Shown here piece after piece: positions 55,149 through 62,558 of a DNA stretch of 64,000 nt. Made by a program: the position numbers and the translations under genes. Below the pieces are notes generated by a model. That model had not been told where the DNA came from. It worked only from the letters and a program-made list of their open reading frames with translations, and made no database searches. The stretch spans positions 51,347 to 115,346 of the forward strand of contig CAWEUM010000007.1 of the NCBI GenBank assembly GCA_963812255.1, read 5' to 3'. This stretch comes from an uncultured Gammaproteobacteria bacterium (GTDB lineage Bacteria > Pseudomonadota > Gammaproteobacteria > Pseudomonadales > Azotimanducaceae). Each line of letters opens with the position of its first letter. Within the stretch, counting starts at the first letter, position 1.

Positions 55149-56129
55149 TCAAGCGCCGTCACCGGCGGTATCGGCCGTCGTCTCAGCGGATTCGCCGGCC
55201 CTGTCGTCAACCGCGCCGGGTTCGTCGCGCGTGGTTGTCCACAACGGACTCGACGCTTTCATGAAGCGCAGCATCATCAACATGCTGGCGACGTCCTCCT
55301 CCTCAACCGGATCGGTCAGCGTCGACTCGTACCAGAAAAACTCCGTCTTCGGCGTTTCGCTGATCGCGAGCACACGGCCGCGCGCGAGATAGTCGGTCTC
55401 GGCGAACAGCGGACCGTCCAAGTGTTGTACTTCGATGGCGCCGAACAACCCCACCACCGGACCGGTACGCGCTAACAATGCAGGCTCAACCGACCGCATC
55501 GCCCGGACCACCAGGCTCGGCGGCAATGCCGGCCGCCCCCACATGCTGCGCGGTGTGTACTCCTCCAGCGGCTCGGTGATGACCTTCAGACGCTCTTCGA
55601 GCGCGCTTTGGCCAATGCGAATGGGCACGCCTTCGCAGCGGGCGTTCGTATCGAGATCCGCCAGGATGCGTAACTCGCCGTGTTCCGGCACGAATTCAAG
55701 ACGTTGCCGCAGCGCCGATCCGTGATCGGGCGCGCCTACCGATGCGGTGCCGTCGGCGACGCGTTGCGATCCATGTGCCCCGGCTCTCGCATGTTCCATC
55801 CAGACCTCGATGCGCACGTCTTGCGATGCGGGCGGTCGCGTCGGCGCGACGGCGTGACATTGAACGGCTTCGAGGTCGGTGGTCGCGTAGCGGAAATACA
55901 ACGACAGACTGCCCGATTGCCACCAGCGCGTCCCCAGCATGTGTAGCAGCAGCGGCGGGAATTGCTCCATATGCAGCGATGCGGCCACGGTGCCGCCGCG
56001 AAATCCCAGCTTCTGCGCGGTGCTATCGTCGTGAATGCTGCCTTTCAGATGGGCCGCCGCGTTGCGCGGCGCACGTAAAGGGCCGACCCAGACACCACCT
56101 CCGAGCGGCCATGCAGTGAACTGCGTCAT
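55149..56129 (-). CDS. hypothetical protein, possibly double hotdog (MaoC-like) fold
   Basis: Start at ATG 56129 with AGGAGA 8 nt upstream. IHDDSTAQKLGFRGGTVAASLHM resembles the MaoC hydratase motif (H.D...A...GF...IAHGM). The C-terminal tail is acidic and low-complexity. Confidence 0.5.
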   Translation of the reverse strand: MTQFTAWPLGGGVWVGPLRAPRNAAAHLKGSIHDDSTAQKLGFRGGTVAASLHMEQFPPLLLHMLGTRWWQSGSLSLYFRYATTDLEAVQCHAVAPTRPPASQDVRIEVWMEHARAGAHGSQRVADGTASVGAPDHGSALRQRLEFVPEHGELRILADLDTNARCEGVPIRIGQSALEERLKVITEPLEEYTPRSMWGRPALPPSLVVRAMRSVEPALLARTGPVVGLFGAIEVQHLDGPLFAETDYLARGRVLAISETPKTEFFWYESTLTDPVEEEDVASMLMMLRFMKASSPLWTTTRDEPGAVDDRAGESAETTADTAGDGA

Positions 56130-56201
56130 GGTGGTTGTCTCCTGCGAGACGCGCACAAGTGCGCGAGGAAGACTCGTGTATACCCCAAATATTTATCGAC
56201 G

Positions 56202-56506
56202 TCAGCCCATCAGTGTCGCAATCGCGTTCGGCACTTCGTCAATCGAACGCAATGCCGCTGCGGCACCGCTGAAGTCGTGCGCCGAACCGAAGAATCGGTT
56301 GCGCACGGTCATGCATGCGAGCCCCGTGGCGCACGATGCGTCGTTCGCCGTGGATCAGTTCGAACGCGCGCCCATTTCAACGCTCGCACGCAACCGCGTG
56401 TAATGGTCGCGTTCGAGCGTGACCCCAAGTTCCGCGAACACCTGCTGTGTCGCTGAAAATAGCCTTCTTCGGTGTTCACCAGCACACCGTCGTTGTCCCA
56501 TAGCAC
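56202..56506 (-). pseudogene. relic of a HAD-superfamily hydrolase (frameshifts plus internal deletion)
   Basis: MLWDNDGVLVNTEEGYFQ (HAD motif I, DxDG) at 56506. It continues in another frame as ATQQVFAELGVTLERDHYTRL. FELIHGERRIV and RFFGSAHDFSGAAAALRSIDEVPNAIATLMG-stop lie in further frames. Total length is about 100 codons against about 220 expected. Confidence 0.6.
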
Positions 56507-57594
56507 ATAGCGAATGCTCTTCGAGGATCCACAGCGTCACCGCTACACACGGATTTTGACTTTGCACCGAGCAATCGTTGGAGAACCATCGCGATGCGGT
56601 GGCCGGCAAGACCGATCTCGCGTTGCGCAATCGGACGCATCGCTTCGCGATACGCAGCGGATATGCGTACGCGCGGCGGCGCCGGCGGCGTGGCAGCCGC
56701 AACCGCAGCGCGGATGTCCGCGGTGTACACACGTTTTGCCGCGAGACGTCGGCCCTGCCGGGCCCAGTTCTGAAAATCGAAAGGCAAATCGAGTCTGGAC
56801 TGGCGCGCGGCGTCCGTGGCCGTCGCAAACGCCGCATCGCGCGCCAACGCATCGAGTTTCGCCAGGCGTCGATCGCTTCCCAACGCGCCGTCCCACAGCG
56901 CGTGCAGGTTCGAACCACCTGCCAGTTCGATGTCGTTGCCGCCTCGATCGCCGTGCTCGAATGCGGGTACCGAGTACATCGCGGTCGTGTGCAGCGGTTG
57001 GTGCAGATCGCCGATCAGATGCGTGATCCAGATCAACGCGAGTCCACGCTCGGCCTCCGTCTCGATACACCAATTGCGATTCAGCATGTCGAGTGCCTCC
57101 ACGATGTTCAGATGTGACGCGTCGAGACCCGGTGCCCATGTCATCGGCAGCGAATCCAGATGGATCCGGCGCCGATCCGACGCGCGCAGGTATGTCGGCA
57201 GATTGATGTAGTGCCAGCTGCTGTGGCTGTAGCGCGCGATCAGGGACTCGCGCGCGGCGGCCGGCGCGCGCTCGAAACGCCGCGCTTCGTCAGGCCACGT
57301 CGAGGAGAACGCGAAGTACCAACGATCCTGCGCGGCCGCGCCGGCCTTCGCGAGGCTGCGCGGCAACCGATTCTCGATGTCTTCGTGGAAGCGCGGATGG
57401 GCACGCACCAGATGTGCTGCGGTCGCGCGCACCTCGACTGGCAACTGATCATAGGCAATCAGTGCGGCGATCATGTGACCGGTGTCGTTCCACGCTGATG
57501 CCGCCGGGGCGATCAGCACGAGAGCCAGGGCCAGCCAGCGCCAGAAATTGGGCCGGCCGCCTGCACCAGCTTCTAATTCATGTGTCTTATTCAT
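56476..57594 (-). CDS. S1/P1-type nuclease (secreted)
   Basis: Start at ATG 57594 with a signal peptide. The mature N-terminus has W-N-D-T-G-H. HLIGDLHQPLH and DRGGND motifs match the S1/P1 zinc nuclease family. Confidence 0.85.
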   Translation of the reverse strand: MNKTHELEAGAGGRPNFWRWLALALVLIAPAASAWNDTGHMIAALIAYDQLPVEVRATAAHLVRAHPRFHEDIENRLPRSLAKAGAAAQDRWYFAFSSTWPDEARRFERAPAAARESLIARYSHSSWHYINLPTYLRASDRRRIHLDSLPMTWAPGLDASHLNIVEALDMLNRNWCIETEAERGLALIWITHLIGDLHQPLHTTAMYSVPAFEHGDRGGNDIELAGGSNLHALWDGALGSDRRLAKLDALARDAAFATATDAARQSRLDLPFDFQNWARQGRRLAAKRVYTADIRAAVAAATPPAPPRVRISAAYREAMRPIAQREIGLAGHRIAMVLQRLLGAKSKSVCSGDAVDPRRAFAMCYGTTTVCW

Positions 57595-57632
57595 ATCATC
57601 GACCGCTACATCGAACGTCGAGCATTGCATCC

Positions 57633-59156
57633 ATGACCAGCGCACCTACCAGTAAGAGCAGTACGGGCAGTACGAGCACCACCACGTCCCGCCGTATAGC
57701 CGTGCCGGTGCTCGTCGGCATCAGTCAACTCGAGCAACGTGTGGCCGATCCGGCACATGCAAAAGAACCGCTCGAATTGATGATCGAGGCGGTACGCGCG
57801 GCCGCGCTGGACGCCGGTTCGAACGCGCTGCTCGAACACGCGACGTCGGTCCGGGTCATTCGCGGCATCTGGCCGTACAAGAATCCGGCGCGCATCGTCG
57901 CACAGGCGGTGGGCATTCCCAATGCCGAGACTGCGCTGACGCCGTACGGGGGCAACTACGTGCAATCGGTCGTCAACCGCAGCGCCCTCGACATCCAGGC
58001 GGGGCGTCATGAGGTGATCGTCATCACAGGCGCCGAATGCGGTTACACGCAGGCGCGCGCTCGCAAACAAGGCTTCGAGCTGAAGTGGCAGGAGGCACCG
58101 GGCACACCTGACCTGCTGATCGGCGAAGACAAGAACATGCGTCACGCGGCCGAAAAAGCGGTGGGACTCGGCCAACCCATCCAGCTGTATCCACTGTTCG
58201 AAAACGCGCTGCGTCACGCGCGCGGCGAGAGCATTCCGGATCATCTGCGACGGATCTCCGAACTGTGGTCGCGTTTCAGCGACGTAGCCAGCCGCAATCC
58301 GCATGCCTGGCTGCGAGAACGGCACAGCGCGGAAGAGATCCGCACGCCGTCAGCCACCAATCGGAGGGTGTCGTTTCCATATCCGAAGCTGATGAATTCG
58401 AACAACAACGTCGATCAGGCCGCGGCGTTGATTCTGTGTTCCGCTGAAACCGCGCGACGGTTCGGAGTTGCGGAGAATCGCTGGATCTATCCGTGGGCCG
58501 GCACCGACGCGCACGATCACTATTTCGTTTCGAATCGCGACAACCTGTATTCGTCGCCGGCGATCCGCTTCGCCGGCAACCGCTGCCTCGAACTCGCCGG
58601 CGTGGAAGTCGCCGCGCTCGATCACGTGGACCTCTACAGCTGCTTTCCGGTGGCAGTCGAAGTGGCCGCGGCCGAACTCGGCCTCGATGAGCAGCGTCCG
58701 CTGACGGTCACAGGCGGGCTGACGTTCGGCGGCGGACCATTGAACAACTACGTGATGCATTCGATCGCGCGGATGGCCGAGGTATTGCGCGGCGATGTCA
58801 CCGCCACCGGGCTGGTCACCGCCAACGGCGGCTACCTGACCAAGCACGCCTTCGGCGTCTACAGCGCGCAACCCCCAACGAACGCATTCCGCCACGAAGA
58901 TCTTCAAGCGCAGGTTGACGGGACCCCACAGCGCGACGTTGCGACGGCCCATCGCGGCGACGCCGAGGTCGAGAGCTATGCGGTGATGTACGGCACCGAC
59001 GGCCCGTCGATTGCGCACGTCGCGTGCCGGTTACCTGACGGGCGGCGAGCGTGGGGCAACTGCTCCGATACCTCGATCCTCGAGACGATGACGCGCGAAG
59101 AGTTTTGCGGCCGCGCGGCCCGACTCGACGGCGCGGGTTCGGTTTCGTTCACTTAG
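57633..59156 (+). CDS. thiolase-like (SCP-x/acetyl-CoA acetyltransferase family) protein with a C-terminal extension of about 110 aa
   Basis: Start at ATG 57633. Thiolase-like segments NNVDQAAALILCS, YSCFPVAVEV and TGGLTFGGGPLNNY. The N-terminus is Ser/Thr-rich. Confidence 0.65.
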   Translation: MTSAPTSKSSTGSTSTTTSRRIAVPVLVGISQLEQRVADPAHAKEPLELMIEAVRAAALDAGSNALLEHATSVRVIRGIWPYKNPARIVAQAVGIPNAETALTPYGGNYVQSVVNRSALDIQAGRHEVIVITGAECGYTQARARKQGFELKWQEAPGTPDLLIGEDKNMRHAAEKAVGLGQPIQLYPLFENALRHARGESIPDHLRRISELWSRFSDVASRNPHAWLRERHSAEEIRTPSATNRRVSFPYPKLMNSNNNVDQAAALILCSAETARRFGVAENRWIYPWAGTDAHDHYFVSNRDNLYSSPAIRFAGNRCLELAGVEVAALDHVDLYSCFPVAVEVAAAELGLDEQRPLTVTGGLTFGGGPLNNYVMHSIARMAEVLRGDVTATGLVTANGGYLTKHAFGVYSAQPPTNAFRHEDLQAQVDGTPQRDVATAHRGDAEVESYAVMYGTDGPSIAHVACRLPDGRRAWGNCSDTSILETMTREEFCGRAARLDGAGSVSFT

Positions 59157-59195
59157 TCATCTATTTCAGTTAGTTAGATACGCTAATTCACTCTA

Positions 59196-59224
59196 TTGAT
59201 TAATATATCGAGCTAACCTATATT
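59196..59224 (+). promoter_or_regulatory. near-consensus sigma70-type promoter
   Basis: TTGATT (59196-201), a 17-nt spacer, then TATATT (59219-224), inside the most AT-rich stretch I saw in the window (59157-59230). Confidence 0.5.
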
Positions 59225-59230
59225 CCATCG

Positions 59231-59324
59231 GCCGGCATGGAAGCCGGTGGTCGTCGAATCGACCGACGCCGATGGCAATGGATGGCCATCCGCACCAGCG
59301 ACCTTTGGTCGCTGGTGCCTTTTT
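59231..59324 (+). ncRNA. candidate small RNA or attenuator leader (about 95 nt, four hairpins)
   Basis: Four hairpins are predicted: GCCGGC-N6-GCCGGT (59232-49), GGTCG-N6-CGACC (59249-64), GATGGC-N8-GCCATC (59271-90), and the terminator hairpin. Boundaries are inferred from the promoter and terminator only. Confidence 0.35.
59293..59324 (+). terminator. intrinsic (Rho-independent) terminator
   Basis: Perfect 11-bp stem CACCAGCGACC / GGTCGCTGGTG with loop TTT, followed by CCTTTTT. Confidence 0.65.
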
Positions 59325-59381
59325 AGGACCAGCCGTTCGGACAGGCAGTTCGAATCAGGGAAGATCAGGGGAGATCGTCGA

Positions 59382-59624
59382 ATGGCAACGCCACATGCAC
59401 AGACGTCGAGCGATCAGCAAGCCGCCAGCGCCGCCGCAATACGGATACTCAGAGAAATCGTCGACTACCAGCGCCGCCTGCGCCGGTTGTCGGTTCACCA
59501 GTCCAGTGGGGAGCAGGACTATCTGATCGAAGCCTACCGGCGCGCGATCAAGTTACGCCAGGGACTCCTCGAGGATTTGCCACAACCGCGCGAGATTGCG
59601 CCGGACCCGTGGCGACGAGATTGA
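59382..59624 (+). CDS. hypothetical protein (80 aa)
   Basis: ATG 59382 is preceded by AGGGGAG (59367-73). Predicted helical, Arg-rich product. I recognise no family. Confidence 0.5.
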   Translation: MATPHAQTSSDQQAASAAAIRILREIVDYQRRLRRLSVHQSSGEQDYLIEAYRRAIKLRQGLLEDLPQPREIAPDPWRRD

Positions 59625-59704
59625 CGTTGGCAACAGGCTGATCTCAATCGACTCGGCCACATTCGAAATCACTGCACCCGAACGCCTTTCAATCCAATGA
59701 GCTG

Positions 59705-60127
59705 ATGTCGGACGTTCCGCAACCTCGCCCCGCCGGCCTGCGGCGCCGACTCGGCGCGATGCTGTACGACGCGATGTTGATCCTCGCGATCTGGCTGATG
59801 ACACTGTTCATCGGCGTCGCGCTGCACAACGGTCCGGTCGTCGGCCCACTGGTGCAGAGCATCCTGTTCATCGAAATGTTCAGCTTCTTCGCCTACTTCT
59901 GGGTGTGGCGCGGACAAACCGTCGGCATGCTCGCATGGGGTCTGCGGGTCGAAACCCTCGACGGCACGCCGATGCGCCTGGCCCAGGCGTTGCTGCGCTT
60001 CATCGGCGGCATGCTGTCGTTCGCCACGTTCGGGCTCGGCTATCTATGGATCTACATCGACCCGGACCGCCGCGCCTGGCCCGATATGCTGTCGCGTACG
60101 TTGATCGTGTACCGGCCGCGGAGTTGA
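59705..60127 (+). CDS. RDD family membrane protein
   Basis: RRRLGAMLYDAMLILAIW (R-x-x-A-x-x-x-D) and GMLAWGLRV motifs with 3 TM segments. Confidence 0.85.
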   Translation: MSDVPQPRPAGLRRRLGAMLYDAMLILAIWLMTLFIGVALHNGPVVGPLVQSILFIEMFSFFAYFWVWRGQTVGMLAWGLRVETLDGTPMRLAQALLRFIGGMLSFATFGLGYLWIYIDPDRRAWPDMLSRTLIVYRPRS

Positions 60128-60176
60128 CTGCTGACCCGGTCCTTCCGCGAACGAAGCGCCTCGCTCGAGTCGTGAT

Positions 60177-60281
60177 GGGGCGGATCTTCCCTGCGGCGGC
60201 TCGTGCTGCGCAAGGGATGGCGCAGCACGAGCCTCCAGGGACGGGACGTCCGGCGTGTCCGCGGCAGGGGAAATCCGCCCC
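60177..60281. repeat. compound palindromic element between convergent genes
   Basis: Outer arms GGGGCGGATCTTCCCTGCGGCGG (60177-99) and CCGCGGCAGGGGAAATCCGCCCC (60259-81), about 20/23 complementary. They enclose a perfect 14-bp hairpin GGCTCGTGCTGCGC-N8-GCGCAGCACGAGCC (60198-60233). Confidence 0.7.
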
Positions 60282-60304
60282 GTCACGACCACGAAAGCGT
60301 CACG

Positions 60305-61381
60305 CTATCGTTGCCGCCGCAGTAACCACACCCCGATCAACCAACAGATCAGGATGGGGGCGGCCACCGCGGCCACGGCAGGCAGGTGATACACCATGCT
60401 CATCGGGCCAAACAGATCCTCCAGATACTTGAATGTCAGCCCCACCAGCGTCCCTACCGCGAGCCGCGTGCCCATGCTGACCTCGCGCAGCGGTCCGATG
60501 ATGAAACACAGCGCCAGCAGCGTCAGACCCAGGATCGCGAACGGCTGCAGCGATTTGTTCCAGAACGCCAGCCGATAGCGGCTCGCGTCCAGATCTTCAC
60601 GATCCATATACGCGATTTGCGTGACGAGGCCGCGAAGTGACAGATTGGACGGTCCGAGCAGCACGCGGATACCGAGCAGTGCCGGCGTCGCATCGGAGGT
60701 CCAGCGAACGCTGTCGAGATGACGGACGTGGGTACCTTCCTCGTCGAGCACGGTTTCGTCGACGTTCGTCAGCATCCAGGCGCCTTCGTTCGGTAGATAA
60801 CGCGCCGATGCCGCTCGCCGCGCCACTCTCAGCTGCCGCTCATGATCGAGCAGATACTGTCGGATACCGACCAGGCGACCCGCCGCATCGATGGCGGCGA
60901 CATCCATGAACAGGTCACCTTCGCGATACCAGTGCCCGCCCCAGAGTCGGATCGTCGAAGACGATTGGCGCGCCTGCGCCTTGTACCCCTCGGCCGCTTC
61001 CTCGCCCCAGGGCGCGAAGTATTCACCCAGCAGCAGGGCGACCAGCAGCGCGCCGGTCGCCGGCATCGCGGCCGATACAAACAGCCTGCGCAGCGACATT
61101 CCCGCCGCTCGCAGCACGGTCAGTTCACCCTGGCTGGCCAACTGGCCCAGACCCACCAACGTGCCCAGAAAGGCGACGTAGGGAATCAGCTCGTACGCGC
61201 GTCGAGGCAACGTCAACAAGACATACACCATCGCCTGCGTCATGCCGTAGCCGACCGATTTCTCGCGCAACTCATCGATCAGTTGGAACACCGCGCTCAA
61301 TCCGATGAACGCCAGCAGCACCACGCACATCGCCTTGACGAGTGTGGCACCGACGTGTCGATCGATACGCAGGATCAACAC
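60305..61381 (-). CDS. lptG: LPS export ABC transporter permease LptG
   Basis: 358-aa YjgP/YjgQ-type permease directly downstream of lptF (1-nt gap), GTG start. Confidence 0.85.
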   Translation of the reverse strand: MLILRIDRHVGATLVKAMCVVLLAFIGLSAVFQLIDELREKSVGYGMTQAMVYVLLTLPRRAYELIPYVAFLGTLVGLGQLASQGELTVLRAAGMSLRRLFVSAAMPATGALLVALLLGEYFAPWGEEAAEGYKAQARQSSSTIRLWGGHWYREGDLFMDVAAIDAAGRLVGIRQYLLDHERQLRVARRAASARYLPNEGAWMLTNVDETVLDEEGTHVRHLDSVRWTSDATPALLGIRVLLGPSNLSLRGLVTQIAYMDREDLDASRYRLAFWNKSLQPFAILGLTLLALCFIIGPLREVSMGTRLAVGTLVGLTFKYLEDLFGPMSMVYHLPAVAAVAAPILICWLIGVWLLRRQR

Positions 61382-61382
61382 G

Positions 61383-62450
61383 TCAATCCGGATGGGGCCG
61401 GTTCAGCCGTTGCAGCAACTTGAGCGCAAATCCGGCAAACACCAGATGTGCGGGCCACATCCCGATCGCGTTCGAAAGATGCCCCGACGCAAGCGCATTG
61501 CGGTCGATGAGCAGCGCCAGATAATAGGCCAGGAACGCAAGCACCGCCGGCACGATGCGTGCGAAACGCCCTTCGCGGGGTCGCACGCGCGCCAACACGA
61601 ATCCCATCGGCACCGCGATCAACGTCATCAACGGGAGTGCGAACCGCCAGTGCAGTTCGGCCACGGAGCGGGGATTGTCGCGCCGTAGTTGAGTTGTCGG
61701 CTGCGCGTCGATTTCGATCGTGGCGAGGTCCGGATCCCGCTGTTCGATGCGCTGACCGAGCGTCTCGAACCTCACGACGCGATACGGTGTCTGTCCGATC
61801 ACGCCTTCATAGCGTCGTCCAGAGCGCAGCAGCAGAAACCGGCTGCCGGTGATCGCATCGACATACTGCGTGCCCTGCTGCGCCCAGATCGTGACGTTGC
61901 GTCCCTGCACTTCCATGCCGATGAATACGCGCGACAGGTTCCGCTTGTCGGGCGACGCCGCCTCCGAATAGGTCACACGTGCACCATCGTCCATGGTGTG
62001 AAACATGCCCGGGGTCATCGTCTCGAACTCACGCTCGGCGCGCTCCGCCAGCAGAAAATGTTCCAGCACACCATTGGCGCGCGGTGTTGCGACGAGCGAC
62101 AGGTACGCCACCACCGCGGCAACGAAAGCGGCGCCAATGCCCATCCACAACATCACCCGAACCGGAGAACTGCCACCCGTGGCGAGCACCGTCATCTCCT
62201 GGTCGGCATACAATCGCGCCGCTGTGAGCACCAGCGCGATGTAGAACGAGAACGGCAACGTCAACTGCAGGAACTCCGGCACTCTCAACGACATGATCTT
62301 CAACAACGCATCCGCCGAATGCTTGCCCAGCGCAGCGTCCTGCAGATAGCCCATGAAGCGACCGCTGAGCGCGATCACGAGCAACACCAGCGCCGTGAAG
62401 AAAAAGACGGACAACAACTCGCGAGAGACGTATCGGAACGCAGTGCCCAT
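61383..62450 (-). CDS. lptF: LPS export ABC transporter permease LptF
   Basis: 355-aa YjgP/YjgQ-type permease (FRYVSRELLSVFFF...), divergent from pepA as in enterobacteria. Confidence 0.85.
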   Translation of the reverse strand: MGTAFRYVSRELLSVFFFTALVLLVIALSGRFMGYLQDAALGKHSADALLKIMSLRVPEFLQLTLPFSFYIALVLTAARLYADQEMTVLATGGSSPVRVMLWMGIGAAFVAAVVAYLSLVATPRANGVLEHFLLAERAEREFETMTPGMFHTMDDGARVTYSEAASPDKRNLSRVFIGMEVQGRNVTIWAQQGTQYVDAITGSRFLLLRSGRRYEGVIGQTPYRVVRFETLGQRIEQRDPDLATIEIDAQPTTQLRRDNPRSVAELHWRFALPLMTLIAVPMGFVLARVRPREGRFARIVPAVLAFLAYYLALLIDRNALASGHLSNAIGMWPAHLVFAGFALKLLQRLNRPHPD

Positions 62451-62558
62451 TCGATCAGTGTCCGCCCTTTACCATGCGAGTCCGAGCGTGTTGAGGTCGT
62501 GTCTCGCGGCTTTTCAAATTAGACTTGAGCGGCTGACGCACCGGCGAGATGGGGGATT

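Noticed and set aside
59348-59356. GTTCGAATC, identical to a tRNA T-loop core, raised the possibility of a tRNA or tmRNA-like gene.
   Set aside because: No acceptor stem, anticodon arm or D-arm can be built around it. It lies in the SD-proximal leader of ORF 59382.
59247-59624. Listed 125-aa ORF (GTG start) that would read through the proposed sRNA/terminator region.
   Set aside because: The extension contains rare codons (AGG x3, CTT TTT) and has weaker third-position GC. It has no properly spaced SD and contains a perfect terminator hairpin. ATG 59382 has a good SD.
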